NCBI GenBank assembly: GCA_944390975.1
Contig: CALXRX010000007.1
Location: forward strand, 13,636-45,635
Source: an uncultured Clostridia bacterium
Lineage (GTDB): Bacteria > Bacillota > Clostridia > TANB77 > CAG-508
Length of the DNA: 32,000 nt
Direction: 5' to 3'
Shown here in pieces: positions 27,693-32,000 of this stretch (positions are counted from its first letter, which is position 1; the number at the start of each line of letters is the position of its first letter). Made by a program: the position numbers and the translations under genes. Under the pieces are notes generated by a model. The model searched no databases. It was not told the DNA's origin and was given only the letters and a program-made list of their open reading frames with translations.

Positions 27693-28268
27693 TTAATTAT
27701 TTTCGATAAAATTTTTTGTACTTAAAAATGATAATATTATTTGTATTATTTCTTCTTTTGAATCATATTCTTGTACTACATTTCCACATCTCGATAGACA
27801 TTCTTTTATTTTAAAATATTTTTCGTTTAAGTCTTGAAATATAATTTCTTCATTAATATTTTCTTTTTTGTTTTTATGGGAGTTTTTTATTATGATATAA
27901 AAATTTTTTGATGATGATTTTTTTTCATTGTTTATTTTTTGAATAAAATTTATATAATTTTGAGATAATTCTAAAATATTTTTATTTGTTTCTTTTTCCA
28001 TTTGTGTGTTTATGTTTGAACTATGTTTTGATAAATCTTTTTTATTACTTTGAATTAATATCTGAATGTCAAAATTACATGTTTTTAAGAAAATTTTATA
28101 AGAATTTAAAATTGCTTCTTTTTCTAATTCTGATTTTAAATTATAGTTTATTGGAATAACTTTTAGGATTTTAACATAGGAATTGTCTTTTAATTTTATA
28201 ATTCCTTTTTCAAAAATTGTTTGAATTGGCAACCAGTTCTGTACAGAAAAAATTTGTTTTTCCTCCAT
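27693..28268 (-). CDS. VirB4-family ATPase, N-terminal domain fragment (same frame as 25842..27692, ended by a single TAA)
   Basis: 191 aa. WLPIQTIFEKGIIKLKDNSYVKILKVIPINYNLKSELEKEAILNSYKIFLKTCNFDIQILIQS matches the N-terminal domain pattern of Gram-positive VirB4 proteins. AAGGAG RBS. Confidence 0.7.
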   Translation of the reverse strand: MEEKQIFSVQNWLPIQTIFEKGIIKLKDNSYVKILKVIPINYNLKSELEKEAILNSYKIFLKTCNFDIQILIQSNKKDLSKHSSNINTQMEKETNKNILELSQNYINFIQKINNEKKSSSKNFYIIIKNSHKNKKENINEEIIFQDLNEKYFKIKECLSRCGNVVQEYDSKEEIIQIILSFLSTKNFIENN

Positions 28269-28297
28269 TTTTTCTCCTTTTTAATAAAATTATTATT

Positions 28298-28326
28298 ATA
28301 ATAAATCTTTTTCTTTGCTTTGTCAA
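28298..28326 (-). promoter_or_regulatory. Strong SigA-type promoter of the virB4 operon
   Basis: On the minus strand: consensus TTGACA (28326..28321), 17 bp, TATTAT (28303..28298), about 30 nt before the ATG at 28268. Confidence 0.5.
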
Positions 28327-28334
28327 CAAAAACA

Positions 28335-28352
28335 TTTCGACACCTTTCGACA
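28335..28352 (-). promoter_or_regulatory. Two direct 8-bp repeats one helical turn apart, abutting the -35
   Basis: Plus strand TTTCGACA at 28335-28342 and 28345-28352 (minus strand TGTCGAAAggTGTCGAAA). These are GC-containing words in a very AT-rich spacer. Confidence 0.35.
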
Positions 28353-28468
28353 GTTGCTTTTCCATTTTTTTCTTTTTATTTTTTGTATATATTTTTTATT
28401 TTTGCTTATAATAATGTCATAAGGTTAATATTAGTCGAACAAAGAGTAATATTAGGTTTATTTAAAGC

Positions 28469-28497
28469 TTTTTATTATTTGAGCAAAGATGTATAAT
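28469..28497 (+). promoter_or_regulatory. Candidate extended -10 promoter firing toward gyrB (orphan plus-strand unit)
   Basis: TGTATAAT at 28490-28497 with a weak -35 (TTTTTA). There is no plus-strand ORF of 60 aa or more downstream. Confidence 0.3.
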
Positions 28498-28862
28498 GGC
28501 TTTATTTTAGGTTATTATATGTCGGCGATAAGAAATTATTATTTGTATGCAGGCTATATTTACTTATATTAATTATTTTTAATTTTTATTTGTTTTAATA
28601 TATGGTTATATTATAGGTAATAATTTTGAGTTAAGATTATATTTATATTTTTGCTAATATTTTTTATTTTATTTATTATTATATTAAATATTATTAAGTG
28701 GTTGTTATTAGTCCCATGAGGATGAATATGGTTACTTAGGGTGTATTTATAGTCGAGCGACTGATTTTTATGTGTGGTGAATTGCTTATTTATATAGCAA
28801 TATATATTAGGTAAGTAATTATGCATATTAGTTTTAGCTGTAGATTAATATTAGCTTTATAG

Positions 28863-28905
28863 ATTAATAGCGTAATAATGTTATTTGCATTATTACGCTA
28901 TTAAT
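28863..28905. terminator. 18-bp perfect hairpin between the gyrB 3' end and the non-coding gap
   Basis: ATTAATAGCGTAATAATG, loop ttatttg, CATTATTACGCTATTAAT. On the plus strand ATTTTATTG follows. It lies about 80 nt downstream of the gyrB stop on the minus strand, where no U-run follows. Confidence 0.55.
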
Positions 28906-28985
28906 ATTTTATTGTAAAGCAAAACCACATATAAGATTTTTCATTTATAAAATACAAAATGGTTAAGCTTTTCTTATTTGCTTTA

Positions 28986-30899
<1,914 letters not shown>

Positions 30900-30962
30900 T
30901 TAAATTCCTCCTCTTTAATGCCTAATCATTTATATTATATATTTATTTTGAAAAAAAGCAAG

Positions 30963-31205
30963 TTAAAATTTTCTTTTTCCTAATGTTGTTGAAGATATAT
31001 TTGATATATAAGCTTTTATGATATTGTTTTCTTTTGTAATTATTATTGATTTAGCTTTTCCTTCACTTATATCATATTTATTATTTTTATCAATTCCTTC
31101 ATAGAATTCTTTAAATATTTTATTATCTTTTAAATTTTCATAGTCTAATATAAATATAATATTTTCTTTATTTATAATAACATTATTTCCAATATGCAAG
31201 TACAT
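30963..31205 (-). CDS. remB: DUF370 / RemB-family small protein
   Basis: 80 aa. MYLHIGNNVIINKENIIFILDYEN...ISNISSTTLGKR parallels B. subtilis YaaB/RemB. It holds the canonical position between recF and gyrB. Confidence 0.75.
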   Translation of the reverse strand: MYLHIGNNVIINKENIIFILDYENLKDNKIFKEFYEGIDKNNKYDISEGKAKSIIITKENNIIKAYISNISSTTLGKRKF

Positions 31206-31213
31206 TTTTTCTC

Positions 31214-32000
31214 CTATCTTTTAATAACATTTCCGTTATTAACCAAGTAAGTTTTCCACATTTTATCACAAATTGTGAATTCATCTGTACATGTTATTAA
31301 TATTTGTGTATTATTAATATTTTTTAAAAAATTTTCCCTTCTAATTATATCTAATTCAGACATAAAATCATCTAGTAATAATATTGGATACTCCCCTATT
31401 TCTTCATATATTATTTCAAGTTCAGATAATTTTAATGAAAGAATTACAGTTCTATTTTGTCCTTGTGATCCATAAATATTTACTTGTTTTTTATTTATAT
31501 AAAATATTAAGTCATCTCTATGTATTCCTTTTGAAGTATATCCTTTTGCAATATCTATTTCCCATGTTTTTTTCAAATCTTCTATATATTTTTCTTTACT
31601 AATAAAATCTGTTAAATATTTTATTTTTATTTCTTCTTTATTTTCTGTTACATTACTATGAATTTTATTTATTTTATTTTTTATTTTATCAATAAATTCA
31701 TTTCTATATTCGTAAATATTTTTTGCATATTCTGCTAATTTCTCATCCCATATTTCTAATAATTGTTTAGATTTATTTTCTAATTTTATTTGTCTTAAAT
31801 AACTGTTTCTTTGTTCTAATGTCTTTAGATACATATTAAGATTATATATGTACCTTGGTCTTAATTGGCTAATTAAAACATTTAAAAATCTTCTTCTTTT
31901 TGCTGGTCCACTTTTTAATATTTCTATATCATCAGGACTAAACATTACTATATTTATATTTCCTAAAATATCACTTAATTTTTCTTGTTTTATATCATTT
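31214..32000 (-). CDS. recF: DNA replication and repair protein RecF, C-terminal part; the 5' end runs off the window
   Basis: The frame stays open upstream of the track's internal Met (…NDIKQEKLSDILGNINIVMFSPDDIEILKSGPAKRRRFLN). It has the SMC-like signature region GSQGQNRTVILSLKL and Walker B ILLLDDFMSELD. Confidence 0.9.
   Translation of the reverse strand, partial: NDIKQEKLSDILGNINIVMFSPDDIEILKSGPAKRRRFLNVLISQLRPRYIYNLNMYLKTLEQRNSYLRQIKLENKSKQLLEIWDEKLAEYAKNIYEYRNEFIDKIKNKINKIHSNVTENKEEIKIKYLTDFISKEKYIEDLKKTWEIDIAKGYTSKGIHRDDLIFYINKKQVNIYGSQGQNRTVILSLKLSELEIIYEEIGEYPILLLDDFMSELDIIRRENFLKNINNTQILITCTDEFTICDKMWKTYLVNNGNVIKR

Noticed and set aside
28611-28826. 71-aa minus-strand ORF in the gyrB-virB4 gap
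   Set aside because: It has no RBS and a low-complexity N/I/K/H-rich translation. It lies upstream of the predicted virB4 promoter and is most likely a chance ORF in AT-rich DNA.
28269-28985. oriC or a DnaA-box cluster in the long non-coding gap near gyrB
   Set aside because: I found no TTATCCACA/TGTGGATAA consensus boxes; the best match is TGTGGTGAA with 2 mismatches. In this gene order oriC is expected next to dnaA, to the right of recF and outside the window.

Overview
Extremely AT-rich (by eye about a quarter G+C) chromosomal DNA that looks low-GC Gram-positive or Clostridia-like and lies near the replication origin. recF (partial), remB/DUF370, gyrB and gyrA all sit on the minus strand at the right end. 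The main anomaly is that gyrB and gyrA, normally adjacent, are separated by about 5.8 kb. That insert carries a VirB4-family ATPase split by a single in-frame TAA, a MinD/ParA (CpaE/TadZ-like) ATPase with a pseudo-receiver domain, a ~41-bp tandem-repeat array and an orphan 253-aa helical protein. Convergent with gyrA are DnaD/DnaB-like and DnaI/DnaC-like replication genes. These are preceded by four genes in the usual Gram-positive conjugation order: VirD4 coupling protein, small VirB2/Maff2-like protein, VirB6-like protein, PrgI/VirB3-like protein. No relaxase, integrase, VirB8/TcpC-like protein or cell-wall hydrolase is visible in the window. The type IV secretion (T4SS)-like genes therefore form a fragmented set without a DNA-processing module, interleaved with core replication genes. 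This is the best candidate here for an undescribed or domesticated system, or alternatively a decaying integrated conjugative plasmid or ICE. A ~54-bp direct repeat lies just 3' of the last gene of each half and brackets the dnaD-dnaI-gyrA block. The left 14.7 kb is ordinary: Tex (partial), a GNAT acetyltransferase, a frameshifted ABC-F ATPase, five XRE-type HTH regulators (one membrane-anchored; one Cro/CI-like divergent pair with an S24 peptidase domain), DUF378, CorA, a tandem AbrB-domain protein with a disrupted 5' end, a two-gene membrane-protein cassette with duplication scars, an ABC-2 exporter, VanW, a CBM-like protein, an SDR reductase, DUF1858 and four tRNAs. All calls come from reading the sequence and recalling family motifs; no database search was run.
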